Shown here: in pieces, positions 9,747-19,168 of the stretch
How the letters are laid out: every line of letters starts with the position of its first letter
Numbering within the stretch: position 1 is the stretch's first letter
Origin: an uncultured Actinomycetes bacterium
Lineage (GTDB): Bacteria; Actinomycetota; UBA4738; HRBIN12
DNA: 64,000 bases
Assembly: GCA_963700855.1 (NCBI GenBank)
Contig: CAVOYV010000005.1
Location: 242,448-306,447, forward strand
Direction of reading: 5' to 3'
The notes under the pieces: generated by a model
What the model was told of the DNA's origin: nothing
Database searches by the model: none
The model's input: only the letters and a program-made list of their open reading frames with translations
Translations under genes and position numbers: made by a program

Positions 9747-11384
9747 TTACCGCCGCGAGCGACGCGCCCGCTTGTCCTTGATGATCTCGCGGACCGCGTG
9801 GTGGCCGGGCAGGCCCATCACGCCACCGCCGGCGTGGGTCGCGCTGTGCGCTTGGTACAGCCCGTGGATCGGGCTGCGGTAGTCCGCGTAGCCGATCGCG
9901 GGACGCATATGGAACAGCTGATCCACGGTGAGCTCTCCGTGGAAGATGTTCCCGCCGATCAGATCCCAGCCCTCCTGCATCTGCTTGGGTCCGATGATCT
10001 GCCGGGCGAGCACCGAGTCCTTGAACCCCGGCGCGACCTCGTCGAACCGGTCGATGATCCGGTCCGCGTACGCCTCGAGCTCGTCCCAGTGATCGTCCTC
10101 GTCGTCGGCCCAGTCCGCGGGCACCCACTGCGAGAACATCGACACCGTGTGGATGCCCTCGGGCGCGAGGGTCTTGTCCACCACCGAGGGGATCTCGGTG
10201 TCGCTGAAGGGCACCCTCGCCGCCTGCCCGAAACGGGCATCCTGGAACGCCTGCTCCATCTGATCGGCGTCGTCGAGCAGCTCGATCGCGCCGCCGTGGA
10301 TCTCGGGGTCGAAGTCCGGGTTCGCCGTGAACGTGGGGATCTTGTCGATCGCCAGGTTGACCTTCACCGTGCCGCTGCGTGTCTTCCAGTGCTCGATGTC
10401 GTGGACGAACTCAGGCGGGAGCTCATGGCGCTCCAGGTGCTGCAGGAACGTGATCTTCGGGTGGATCGCGGTGACCACCAACGGCGCCAGCAGCTCCTCG
10501 CCCCCGTCGAGCACCACGCCCCGCGCGCGCCCGCCGGATGTGAGGATCTTCGTGACCGGCGCGTTCACGCGCACCTCGGCGCCGAAGAACTTCGCCGAGG
10601 CCTCGCACGCGGTCGCCACGGCGCCCATCCCGCCTTCGATGAACCCCCAGCTCGCGACCTCGCCGTCGCCGATGTCGCCGACCGAGTGGTGCATCATCAC
10701 GTACGCCGTGCCCGGCGCGTCCGGGCCGGCCCAGGTGCCGATGATGCCGTTGACCGACATGAACCCCTTCATCTCGGGGGTCTCGAACCACCGGTCGAGC
10801 AGGTCGGTCGCGCTCATCGTGAACAGCCGCGTGATGTCCGCGACGGTCTGCTCGTCGAACTCCTTGCGGAGCATCCAGCCGAGCTGCGCCACGTCCTTGA
10901 TGTCGTTCGGCTTCTTCGAGCCCAGGTGCGGGGCCGTCTGCATCAGCATCGGGCCGAGGATGTCGGCGATCCGCCCGATCCACTCGTAGAACCGGAAGTA
11001 CGCGTCGGCGTCCTTCGCGGACAGCTGCGCGATCGAGTCCCGGGTGATCTTGTCGTCCGTGTGCTGGATCACGGAGATGCCGCTGCGGAGCGGCAGGTAC
11101 CCCTGGCCGAGGGGCAGGAGCTTCATCCCGAATCGCTCGAGCTGGAGCTCGCGCCGGATCGACGGCGGCATCAGCGACATCGTGTAGCTGAGCGTGTTGA
11201 CCTTCACGCCCGGGTACTCGTCGGGCCATGGCTCCATCGTGTCGGCCGCGCCACCGGTCTTGTCGCGCTTCTCGAGCACCACGGTGCGGGCGCCCTTCTT
11301 CGCGAGGTAGGCCGCGGCGATGAGCCCGTTGTGGCCCCCGCCGATCACGATCGCGTCGTAGACGTTGCCCTGCTGCTGCGCCAT
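9747..11384 (-). CDS. Phytoene dehydrogenase-like FAD-dependent oxidoreductase
   Basis: YDAIVIGGGHNGLIAAAYLAK, EGGMGAV, GGNIFHGEL, GLYQAHSATHAGGGV. Confidence 0.9.
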   Translation of the reverse strand: MAQQQGNVYDAIVIGGGHNGLIAAAYLAKKGARTVVLEKRDKTGGAADTMEPWPDEYPGVKVNTLSYTMSLMPPSIRRELQLERFGMKLLPLGQGYLPLRSGISVIQHTDDKITRDSIAQLSAKDADAYFRFYEWIGRIADILGPMLMQTAPHLGSKKPNDIKDVAQLGWMLRKEFDEQTVADITRLFTMSATDLLDRWFETPEMKGFMSVNGIIGTWAGPDAPGTAYVMMHHSVGDIGDGEVASWGFIEGGMGAVATACEASAKFFGAEVRVNAPVTKILTSGGRARGVVLDGGEELLAPLVVTAIHPKITFLQHLERHELPPEFVHDIEHWKTRSGTVKVNLAIDKIPTFTANPDFDPEIHGGAIELLDDADQMEQAFQDARFGQAARVPFSDTEIPSVVDKTLAPEGIHTVSMFSQWVPADWADDEDDHWDELEAYADRIIDRFDEVAPGFKDSVLARQIIGPKQMQEGWDLIGGNIFHGELTVDQLFHMRPAIGYADYRSPIHGLYQAHSATHAGGGVMGLPGHHAVREIIKDKRARRSRR

Positions 11385-11400
11385 TTGAATCTCCGTTCAA
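11385..11400. promoter_or_regulatory. Imperfect palindrome, putative operator
   Basis: TTGAATCTCCGTTCAA immediately upstream of the ATG; TAGGCT -10 on the minus strand at 11415-11420. Confidence 0.45.
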
Positions 11401-11417
11401 ACGTGGATGAGCCGAGC

Positions 11418-11909
11418 CTACCCCGACACGCGTTCGGAAGGGGAATCCGTGCGGCCGATCGCCGACCCGAGTGCGACCCCCACCAACGCCGCGAGCACCC
11501 ACCGCGTGCTCTGGTCTTCGAGGAACGTGACGCGATCGAACCCGAGCAACTCGGTGAGGAACGGGTACGAGCGATGGAACCCCCACTCGGCCCAATCGAA
11601 GTACAGGCGCAGGTGCCACAGCAGGGCGAAGGGGAGCAACGCCCACAGGGCGCGACCCCATCGGAACCCGGCGCTCACCGGCAACCTCACGGCGAGGGTG
11701 AACAGGGCTGCCCCGAGGCACATCACGAGCAGGACGGACCACCCCTGCCACCCGACGAGGAGATCGAGCGCCCTGAACTCCTCGCGCCCCTGCCGATCGA
11801 GCTCCTCCCAACGCACGATCGACGATCGCATCAGGGCGAACGCCAGCACCATCAACGTCACCTGCAGCGCGATCGTGACGATCCGGTCCTTCCGCGTCCG
11901 CTCGGTCAT
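11418..11909 (-). CDS. Hypothetical membrane protein (about 4 TM)
   Basis: Hydrophobic segments; strong RBS GAGGAGG upstream of MTERTRK. Confidence 0.7.
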   Translation of the reverse strand: MTERTRKDRIVTIALQVTLMVLAFALMRSSIVRWEELDRQGREEFRALDLLVGWQGWSVLLVMCLGAALFTLAVRLPVSAGFRWGRALWALLPFALLWHLRLYFDWAEWGFHRSYPFLTELLGFDRVTFLEDQSTRWVLAALVGVALGSAIGRTDSPSERVSG

Positions 11910-12018
11910 CGGTCTCGACCTCCTCGTTGCATCGTGACACGACGCGGTGCCGGCCGGGAGCGACCGCAACGTTCGGCGCGTCCGGGGGCACCATAGAGGG
12001 ACGACAGATGGAGGTGCG

Positions 12019-12540
12019 ATGAGCGGGTTCCAGACGGCGACGTTCGGTGCGGGGTGTTTCTGGGGGGTCGAGTGGGTGTTCCGCCGGGTTCCCGGCGTGA
12101 CCCAGGTGGTGAGCGGCTACGCGGGCGGCCACACACCGAGCCCCTCGTACCGCGACGTGTGCAGCCACACGACGGGGCATGCCGAGGTGGTGCAGGTGAC
12201 GTTCGACCCGTCGGTGGTGACCTACGAGCAGCTGCTCGAGGTGTTCTGGGCGCTGCACGACCCGACGCAGGTGAACCGCCAGGGACCCGACGTGGGCGAC
12301 CAGTACCGCAGCGTGATCATGCCCGAGACCGATGAGCAGCAGGCGGCGGCCGAGGCCTCGCGCGAGGCCGCGCAGACCCGGTTCGACCGGCCGATCGCGA
12401 CGACGATCGAGGACCTGGACGTCTTCTACCCGGCCGAGGACTACCACCAGGAGTACTACGAGCGGAACGGGCACGAGCCGTACTGCCACGTGTTCCCCGG
12501 CGACGTGGTGGAGCGTCTGGGGCTCGTGACGAACGCGTAG
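12019..12540 (+). CDS. msrA: Peptide-methionine (S)-S-oxide reductase
   Basis: [42 protein letters not shown]; RBS GGAGG. Confidence 0.97.
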   Translation: MSGFQTATFGAGCFWGVEWVFRRVPGVTQVVSGYAGGHTPSPSYRDVCSHTTGHAEVVQVTFDPSVVTYEQLLEVFWALHDPTQVNRQGPDVGDQYRSVIMPETDEQQAAAEASREAAQTRFDRPIATTIEDLDVFYPAEDYHQEYYERNGHEPYCHVFPGDVVERLGLVTNA

Positions 12541-12573
12541 GGTCGCGAGACCGGGGGCGGCTACGCTGGGGTC

Positions 12574-13041
12574 ATGACGACGCTCACCACCGGCGACGCC
12601 GCGCCCGCGTTCGCCCTCACCGATCAGCACGGCGAGACCGTGCGCCTCGAGGACTACCGGGGACGCATGGTCCTCGTCTACTTCTACCCGAAGGCCGACA
12701 CGCCCGGGTGCACGACCCAGTCGTGCGAGCTGCGCGACCACCGTCAGGAGCTCGAGGCGCTCGACGTCGACGTGATCGGCATCTCGCCCGACGAGCCGGC
12801 CGCGCAACTCGCGTTCGACGAGAAGTTCGGGCTGGGGTTCCCGCTGCTCGCCGACACCGACCACGCCGTGGCCGAGGCGTGGGGTACGTGGGGCGAGCGC
12901 TCCATGTACGGGAACACGTACATGGGCATCATCCGGTCGTCCTTCCTGGTCGACGGAGACGGCCGGATCGCGGAGGCCTGGTACAAGGTGCGGCCGGCCG
13001 ACACGGTCCCGAAGGCGTTGAAGGTGCTCGCCGCCGGGTAG
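12574..13041 (+). CDS. bcp: Thioredoxin-dependent thiol peroxidase (BCP/PrxQ)
   Basis: YFYPKADTPGCTTQSC. Confidence 0.96.
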   Translation: MTTLTTGDAAPAFALTDQHGETVRLEDYRGRMVLVYFYPKADTPGCTTQSCELRDHRQELEALDVDVIGISPDEPAAQLAFDEKFGLGFPLLADTDHAVAEAWGTWGERSMYGNTYMGIIRSSFLVDGDGRIAEAWYKVRPADTVPKALKVLAAG

Positions 13042-13476
13042 CTACCCGCGGTAGCCGACCGCCTTGTGCGAGCTGTCGCACAGGGGCTGACACCGGCTGG
13101 CGCCGCACCGGCAGAGCGAGACACGGTCGACGGGCTCGAGACGCTCGTCACCGTAGGTCACCGGCACGTGGCCGCTCAGGCGCACGGGGCCGTCTGGCTT
13201 GAGGGCGAGGCCCGGTGTCGAGGGGTCCGGGACGTCCCAACGGAACGGCGCCGGATCGGGGACAGACGGCGGCACCTCCTCGAAGCAGCCGTACGGCGGC
13301 TCGCGATCGCACAGCGGCATCGTCGATGAACGCCCGCATCGGCACAGGGCGTAGGTGTCGTGCGGGTCCGCCGCGTCGAGCGCCCAGCCCGCGTCGGACC
13401 GCACGAGCCGCTGCAGCGACAGACCGCGGACCAGCATCGGACCACCGGGGACGATCCGAACCTCGCTACGGGTCAC
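13042..13476 (-). CDS. Double CDGSH-type iron-sulfur domain protein (first motif atypical)
   Basis: LCRCGRSSTMPLCD and LCRCGASRCQPLCDSSH; GTG start overlaps the end of the upstream gene. Confidence 0.8.
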   Translation of the reverse strand: MTRSEVRIVPGGPMLVRGLSLQRLVRSDAGWALDAADPHDTYALCRCGRSSTMPLCDREPPYGCFEEVPPSVPDPAPFRWDVPDPSTPGLALKPDGPVRLSGHVPVTYGDERLEPVDRVSLCRCGASRCQPLCDSSHKAVGYRG

Positions 13477-14131
13477 GGAAGCCGATGTCCTTGTGGGTCC
13501 CGTCGCAGAACGGCATGTTCTGCGAGGCGCCGCACCGGCAGAGCGTGACGCGGTTGCGGACCTCGTACGGCTCGCCGTCGGCACCCTCGATCCGAACGCC
13601 GCCGCGCACCCACAGCGGACCGTCGGCGACCACCGCGATCGAGGGCTCGTACGGGAGCTCGTCGACCTCGTCCGACCCATCGACCTGGGTGAGGAGACGT
13701 CCCGACGGGCACAGTCGTGACATCTTGCGGATCCGCTCGCGCGTCTCGGGGTCGTCGTCGCGCCCGATCATCGCCCACACGTTCGCGAAGCGGTCGCCGC
13801 AGTAGCCGGCCTGGGTGCACAGGGTGCGGTCGTCGGACATCGTGAGCCCCTGACCCCGGTACGGGTGCGCACGTTCGGCGAACGTCCCGCGGTCGGCGAC
13901 CTCGGTCCCGTCGAAGCCCTCGCGCGCATGGGTGGCGTCGCAGAACGGCTTCGTGGACGACCCGCCGCAGCGGCACAGCGTGACGCCCCGCGTGTCGATC
14001 GGTTCGTCCGGCGCCCACGCGATCGGCTCCCCATACTCCGTCTCGACCTGTGCGGTGCGCACGAGGGGGACGTCGCCACGCACCCGATACGGACCGTCGG
14101 GCGTGATCTTGATCGTCGGCTCCTCGGACAT
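13466..14131 (-). CDS. CDGSH / divergent 4Fe-4S / CDGSH iron-sulfur protein
   Basis: CRCGGSSTKPFCDATH, CTQAGYC...CPSG, CRCGASQNMPFCDGTH. Confidence 0.9.
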   Translation of the reverse strand: MSEEPTIKITPDGPYRVRGDVPLVRTAQVETEYGEPIAWAPDEPIDTRGVTLCRCGGSSTKPFCDATHAREGFDGTEVADRGTFAERAHPYRGQGLTMSDDRTLCTQAGYCGDRFANVWAMIGRDDDPETRERIRKMSRLCPSGRLLTQVDGSDEVDELPYEPSIAVVADGPLWVRGGVRIEGADGEPYEVRNRVTLCRCGASQNMPFCDGTHKDIGFRDP

Positions 14132-14178
14132 GCTGCCTCCCGGAGGTGGAGCCTACCCCGCACGGGGATACTGGCGCG

Positions 14179-14574
14179 GTGAGCTCCCTGCCGATCGAGA
14201 TCGACCGTGGGTCTTCGGTGCGTCCGTGGGCGCAGCTCCGAGACGAGGTCGTCCGCCTCGTCGAGGGCGGCGCCGTGCGGCCGGGTGAGCGCGTACCCAC
14301 GGTCCGGGCGCTCGCGTCGGCACTCGATCTGGCCCCCGGGACGGTCGCCCGCGCATATCGCGAACTGGAGGACGAGGGCTGGCTCGTGGGGCGTGGGCGT
14401 GCGGGAACGTACGTCGCGGACCTTCTGCCGACCGACCCCGCGCTGCAGCTCAGCCGGGCCGCAGACGACTACCTGCGCCGCGCTCGGAACCTCGGGTTCG
14501 GCGACACGGAGGCGCGCAGGGCGCTCGGCGCGAGCATCGCAGCGAAGAACAGCTCGACCGAGGCGCCCACGTAG
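14179..14574 (+). CDS. GntR-family (YtrA-like) regulator
   Basis: PGERVPTVRALASALDLAPGTVARAYRELEDEG...GRAGTYV; short C-terminus. Confidence 0.9.
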   Translation: MSSLPIEIDRGSSVRPWAQLRDEVVRLVEGGAVRPGERVPTVRALASALDLAPGTVARAYRELEDEGWLVGRGRAGTYVADLLPTDPALQLSRAADDYLRRARNLGFGDTEARRALGASIAAKNSSTEAPT

Positions 14575-14798
14575 GCGGCGCTCGCCACCGCGGCCGACGA
14601 CGTCCCGGCGGGCGGGCGGTCCGCGGCCCACCACCCGATCGCCAGCAGGACGAGCCCGACCGTCGCCATCGCTACGGCGACGCCGGTGACCAGCCAGGAC
14701 GTCGCCGGCGCTGCGCCGGAGGCCGCTCGGAGCCGGGCGATCATCACCCCGGCCACGACGGCGGCGACCCCTACGAACAGCGGCATCGCATGACGCAT
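14469..14798 (-). CDS. Possible small membrane protein (3 TM), convergently overlapping gntR
   Basis: Three hydrophobic stretches; TACGAT -10 six nt upstream of the ATG. The 106-bp overlap with gntR lowers confidence. Confidence 0.45.
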   Translation of the reverse strand: MRHAMPLFVGVAAVVAGVMIARLRAASGAAPATSWLVTGVAVAMATVGLVLLAIGWWAADRPPAGTSSAAVASAAYVGASVELFFAAMLAPSALRASVSPNPRFRARRR

Positions 14799-14892
14799 GA
14801 CGGCATCGTAGGGGGAGGGTCCCTGCGGACGACACGGCCGAACGGCCGAACCGCGCCTCCCACGACGCGTCGGGACGTCGGACTAGACTCCC

Positions 14893-14906
14893 CGAACGCA
14901 TGTTCG
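14893..14906. promoter_or_regulatory. LexA SOS box
   Basis: CGAAC-GCAT-GTTCG spans the helicase ATG, downstream of -10 TAGACT (14884-14889). Confidence 0.75.
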
Positions 14907-16933
14907 AGGACCTGAACCCGGATCAGCGCGAGGCTGCGACGCACCCCGGTGGCCACCTGCTGATCGTCGCAGGCGCCGGCACCGGCAAGACGACGACGCT
15001 CGCCGCGCGCGTGGCCTGGCTCGTGGCCGAGCGCGACGTTCGCCCCGAGCGGATCCTGCTGCTCACGTTCAGCCGCCGTGCCGCGCGCGAGATGCTCACG
15101 CGCGCCCACCGGTTGACCGGGCGCCGCGAGACCGAGCGGGTACTGGGCGGGACCTTCCACGCGGTCGGGAACCGGCTCCTGCGGCTGCACGGGCGCGCGC
15201 TCGGGCTCTCGCCTGGGTTCACCGTGCTCGATCAGACCGATGCCGCCGACGTGATGAACCTGCTCCGCGAGGAGCTCGGGTACGCGGCGCGCGAGCGACG
15301 CTTCCCGCGCAAGGAGACGCTCGCGGGGGCGTACTCGCGCGTCGTGAACGCCGGCGAGAAGCTCGAGGACGTCCTCGGCCGTCATTACCCGTGGTGCGTC
15401 GACGAGACCGACCCGATCCGCGAGATCTTCCGCGCGTACACCGCGCGCAAGCGCGCCCAGCAGGTGCTCGACTACGACGACCTGCTGCTGTTCTGGCGGG
15501 CGCTCGCCACGTCGCCCGAGACCGGTCCCCAGCTCACCGCGATGTTCGACCACGTCCTCGTCGACGAGTACCAGGACACGAACGCGTTGCAGGCCGACAT
15601 CCTCGCGGCGATGGCACCGGCGAACCTGACCGTGGTCGGAGACGACGCGCAATCGATCTACGGGTTCCGCGCGGCAACGGTGCGCAACATCCTGGAGTTC
15701 CCGACACGCTTCCCCGGCTCGACCGTTCGCAAGCTCGAGCGCAACTACCGAAGCACGCCCCCGATCCTCGAGCTGTCGAACGCGGTGATCGCCGAGAGCC
15801 CCCAGCGCCATGAGAAGACGCTGTGGACCGAGCGCACCGGCGCGGAGCGCCCGGTGCTGCGCGCCTGTCTCGACGAGCCCGAGCAGGCCGACGCGATCTG
15901 CCGCTCGATCTTGGAGCACCGCGAGCGCGGCGTGCCCCTGCAGCAGCAGGCGGTCCTGTTCCGCGCCGCGCACCACTCCGACCTGCTGGAGATCGAGTTG
16001 CTCCGCCGGAACATCCCGTTCGTGAAGTACGGCGGGCTGAAGTTCCTGGAAGCGGCGCACGTGAAGGACGCGCTCTCGCTGCTACGGGTCCTCGAGAACC
16101 CGTGGGACGAGGTCGCGTGGTTCCGCGTGCTCCAGCTCCCCGAGCAGATGGGACCCGCGACGGCCCGTCGCCTCATGGACGACCTCGGCGTCCGTCGGTC
16201 TCCCGACGAGGGCACGGAGCCCGCGTCGCCACTGGTCAACTTCCTCGACCACCCGGTCGCGGTGCCGAAGGGCGCGGTCACCGGGATCCAGGATCTCCGC
16301 TCGGCGCTCGCCGGCTGCGCGGACGAGGACCTGATGTCGCCCGCCGCCCAGCTCGAGCGGCTCCGCACCTACCTCGAGCCGGTCGTCACGCGGAAGTACG
16401 AGTCATCCGGCCCCCGCCTGGCCGACCTGGAACAGCTCGCCCTTCTCGCCCAGGGCTACGAGCGTCGCGGGCGGTTCCTCGCCGAGCTCACCCTCGACCC
16501 GCCGTCGTCGACCGCCGACCTCGCGGGCCCCCCGCTCCTCGACGAGGACTGGCTCACCCTGTCCACGATCCACTCGGCGAAGGGCCTCGAGTGGGACGTG
16601 GTCCACGTGATCCACGCTGCCGACGGCCACATCCCGTCGGACATGGCGACCGGAGACGACGACGAGATCGAAGAAGAGCGACGGCTCCTCTACGTGGCGC
16701 TCACGCGGGCCCGCGACTCCCTCACGATCGCCTATCCCCAGCGCTACTACCGCCGGCCCCGAGGTCGCGACGACGCGCACGGCTACGCGCTCGTGTCGCG
16801 GTTCCTCGAGCCGGCCCCCGTCCGGGCCACCCTCGACGAGGTCGGCCCTCAGATCGTCGAAGTGCACGACGAGACGCTCGCGGCCAGCGGCTCCGCGAGC
16901 ATCGACGCCTACCTGAGCCACCTGTTCGGCTAG
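14900..16933 (+). CDS. UvrD/PcrA/Rep-family ATP-dependent helicase
   Basis: AGAGTGKT, LVDEYQDTN, VGDDAQSIYGFR, NYRST, TIHSAKGLEW, EERRLLYVALTRA. Confidence 0.95.
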   Translation: MFEDLNPDQREAATHPGGHLLIVAGAGTGKTTTLAARVAWLVAERDVRPERILLLTFSRRAAREMLTRAHRLTGRRETERVLGGTFHAVGNRLLRLHGRALGLSPGFTVLDQTDAADVMNLLREELGYAARERRFPRKETLAGAYSRVVNAGEKLEDVLGRHYPWCVDETDPIREIFRAYTARKRAQQVLDYDDLLLFWRALATSPETGPQLTAMFDHVLVDEYQDTNALQADILAAMAPANLTVVGDDAQSIYGFRAATVRNILEFPTRFPGSTVRKLERNYRSTPPILELSNAVIAESPQRHEKTLWTERTGAERPVLRACLDEPEQADAICRSILEHRERGVPLQQQAVLFRAAHHSDLLEIELLRRNIPFVKYGGLKFLEAAHVKDALSLLRVLENPWDEVAWFRVLQLPEQMGPATARRLMDDLGVRRSPDEGTEPASPLVNFLDHPVAVPKGAVTGIQDLRSALAGCADEDLMSPAAQLERLRTYLEPVVTRKYESSGPRLADLEQLALLAQGYERRGRFLAELTLDPPSSTADLAGPPLLDEDWLTLSTIHSAKGLEWDVVHVIHAADGHIPSDMATGDDDEIEEERRLLYVALTRARDSLTIAYPQRYYRRPRGRDDAHGYALVSRFLEPAPVRATLDEVGPQIVEVHDETLAASGSASIDAYLSHLFG

Positions 16934-16980
16934 GGAGGGGCTCGGTCCTCAGCCGGGGTCGAGCCCCTATCCTCGGTGCG

Positions 16981-17637
16981 ATGCCACCCGCCGCCGTCCT
17001 GCTCGATCTCTACGACACCCTGGTCGCGAGCGACTGGAGGGAGTGGCGTGACGCGATCGCCTCCCACATCGGGGTCTCCCCCTCGCTGATGGGAGAGGCG
17101 TTCGACGTGACGCGCCCCGCCAGGAGCGTGGGCGCGTACGGCAGCGAGGCCGGCGACATGACCGCGATCCTCGAGGCGGCCGGCGTGGAACCGACCCCCG
17201 CCCTGGTCGAGGAGCTGATCACCGCCGAGCAGGAGTTCTTCGTCCAGGGCATCCGGCTCTATCCGGACTCGCTCCCCGTCGTCCGCGAGCTCCGAGCGCG
17301 CGGCTCCAAGGTGGTCCTCGTCTCGAACTGCTCGCACGACACCGGCCCGGTCGTCCACCGTCTCGGCCTCGACGACGAGTTCGACGCGTTGATCCTCAGC
17401 TACGAGGTACGGGCCCGGAAGCCCCAGGCCGCGATCTACGAGGCGGCCCTCGAGGCGGCGGGTGGCACCGACCCCGCCGACGCGGTGTTCGTCGACGACC
17501 AGGCCGCCTATTGCGACGGTGCCGCGGCGCTCGGGATCGGGACGCTGATGATCCACCGCTGGCTCGCCGACCCGCCCGAGGGCATGCACGAGCCCGCGGG
17601 CCACCGCACGATCGTCGACCTCACCGCCCTGCTGTAA
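16981..17637 (+). CDS. HAD-family hydrolase
   Basis: LLDLYDTL, VSN, RKP..AIY, FVDD. Confidence 0.9.
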   Translation: MPPAAVLLDLYDTLVASDWREWRDAIASHIGVSPSLMGEAFDVTRPARSVGAYGSEAGDMTAILEAAGVEPTPALVEELITAEQEFFVQGIRLYPDSLPVVRELRARGSKVVLVSNCSHDTGPVVHRLGLDDEFDALILSYEVRARKPQAAIYEAALEAAGGTDPADAVFVDDQAAYCDGAAALGIGTLMIHRWLADPPEGMHEPAGHRTIVDLTALL

Positions 17638-17643
17638 CCGGCG

Positions 17644-18303
17644 CTACGCAGCCAGGTACACGGTCAGGATCACCGTGTAGAGACACCCGGCCGCCGCGAT
17701 CGTGGCCGCGTGCCAGATCTCGTGATAGCCGAACGTCTCCGGGAACGGATCGGGGCGGTTCAGCGCGAGCACCAGCGCACCCAGCGAGTACAGGAGGCCG
17801 CCGGTCACCATCAGCGCGATCTGCCATCCGTCGAGCGCACGCGCGATCGTCGGGAAGATCACGACGATGACCCACCCGAGCCCGATGTACAGGAAGCCCG
17901 AGAGCACGTGGAGGTCGACCCGGTAGAGCTTCGTCCCGATCCCGACCGCCGCGCCGGCCCACACGACCGCGAGCACCCACCACGCCAGCGGAGGCTCGAG
18001 GACCGTCACGCAGAAGGGCGTGTAGGTCCCCGCGATCAGCAGGAAGATCACCGAGTGATCGATCGTCCGCATCCGCGCGTGCGCCCGTTCGCTCCAGTCC
18101 CCGCGGTGGTAGAGGGCGCTCACGCCGAACTGCGCCATCAACGTGAGCCAGTAGACGACGGCGGCCAGGCGGGCACCCAGATCGGGAGCCACGATCACGA
18201 GCACGATGCCGGCCGGGATGCTGAGCCCGAACGCGACCGTGTGGAGCCACCCACGCAGGAGCGGCTTCGGGCGCTCGTACAGGGGGACGTCGGTGCGAGG
18301 CAC
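17644..18303 (-). CDS. Hemolysin III / PAQR-family membrane protein
   Basis: KPLLRGWLH, SALYH, DHSVIFLLIAGTYTP, FGYHEIWH. Confidence 0.93.
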   Translation of the reverse strand: MPRTDVPLYERPKPLLRGWLHTVAFGLSIPAGIVLVIVAPDLGARLAAVVYWLTLMAQFGVSALYHRGDWSERAHARMRTIDHSVIFLLIAGTYTPFCVTVLEPPLAWWVLAVVWAGAAVGIGTKLYRVDLHVLSGFLYIGLGWVIVVIFPTIARALDGWQIALMVTGGLLYSLGALVLALNRPDPFPETFGYHEIWHAATIAAAGCLYTVILTVYLAA

Positions 18304-18340
18304 GCCCCCGAGCCTACGACGGCGCCACTAGACTGCGGCC

Positions 18341-19168
18341 ATGAGCGAACCGGTCGAGTACACGCGGCCGCCGAAGGTCCCCAAGAAGCTCTACGAGCAC
18401 GAGCTGCTGCGCCTGCAGGAGGAGCTCGTGAAGATGGAGGAGTGGGTGGCCGACAGCGGCACCCGCGTCGTCGTGATCTTCGAGGGACGCGACGCGGCTG
18501 GCAAGGGCGGCACGATCAAACGGATCACCGAGCACATGAACCCCCGCATCACGCGCATCGTGGCCCTCCCGGTCCCCACCGAGCGCGAGCGCACCCAGTG
18601 GTACTTCCAGCGCTACGTGCAGCAGCTCCCCGCCGCTGGTCAGATCGCCCTGTTCGACCGGTCCTGGTACAACCGCGCGGGCATCGAGCACGTCCTGGGC
18701 TTCTGCACGCCACAGGAGTACTACCGGTTCCTGCGGCAGTGCCCGATCTTCGAGCGGCTGCTCGTCGAGGACGGCATCATCTTGATCAAGTACTGGTTCT
18801 CGGTCTCCGACGAGGAGCAGGAGCGCCGGTTCCGCAAACGGCTCGACGACCGGATGCGCCGCTGGAAGCTCTCCGCGACGGACATGTACTCGCGCACGCG
18901 GTTCGTGGACTTCAGCCGGGCGAAGGACGAGATGTTCGTTCACACCGACATCCCCGAGGCCCCGTGGCACGTCGTCGAGGCCGACGACAAGAAGCGGGCG
19001 CGGCTGAACTGCATCGCCCACCTCCTGTCGGCGATCCCCTACCAGCCGAAGGACCTGCCCGCGGTCGAGATCCCGCCGCGACAGTCCGACGCGGGCTACA
19101 TCCGGCCGCCGCGTGAGCTGTTCACGTACGTCCCGGATCACGCCTCGACGGTGGAGGAGCCTCTCTAG
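18341..19168 (+). CDS. ppk2: Polyphosphate kinase 2
   Basis: FEGRDAAGKGG, PTERERTQWYFQRY, FDRSWYNRAG, DDKKRARLNCI. Confidence 0.97.
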   Translation: MSEPVEYTRPPKVPKKLYEHELLRLQEELVKMEEWVADSGTRVVVIFEGRDAAGKGGTIKRITEHMNPRITRIVALPVPTERERTQWYFQRYVQQLPAAGQIALFDRSWYNRAGIEHVLGFCTPQEYYRFLRQCPIFERLLVEDGIILIKYWFSVSDEEQERRFRKRLDDRMRRWKLSATDMYSRTRFVDFSRAKDEMFVHTDIPEAPWHVVEADDKKRARLNCIAHLLSAIPYQPKDLPAVEIPPRQSDAGYIRPPRELFTYVPDHASTVEEPL

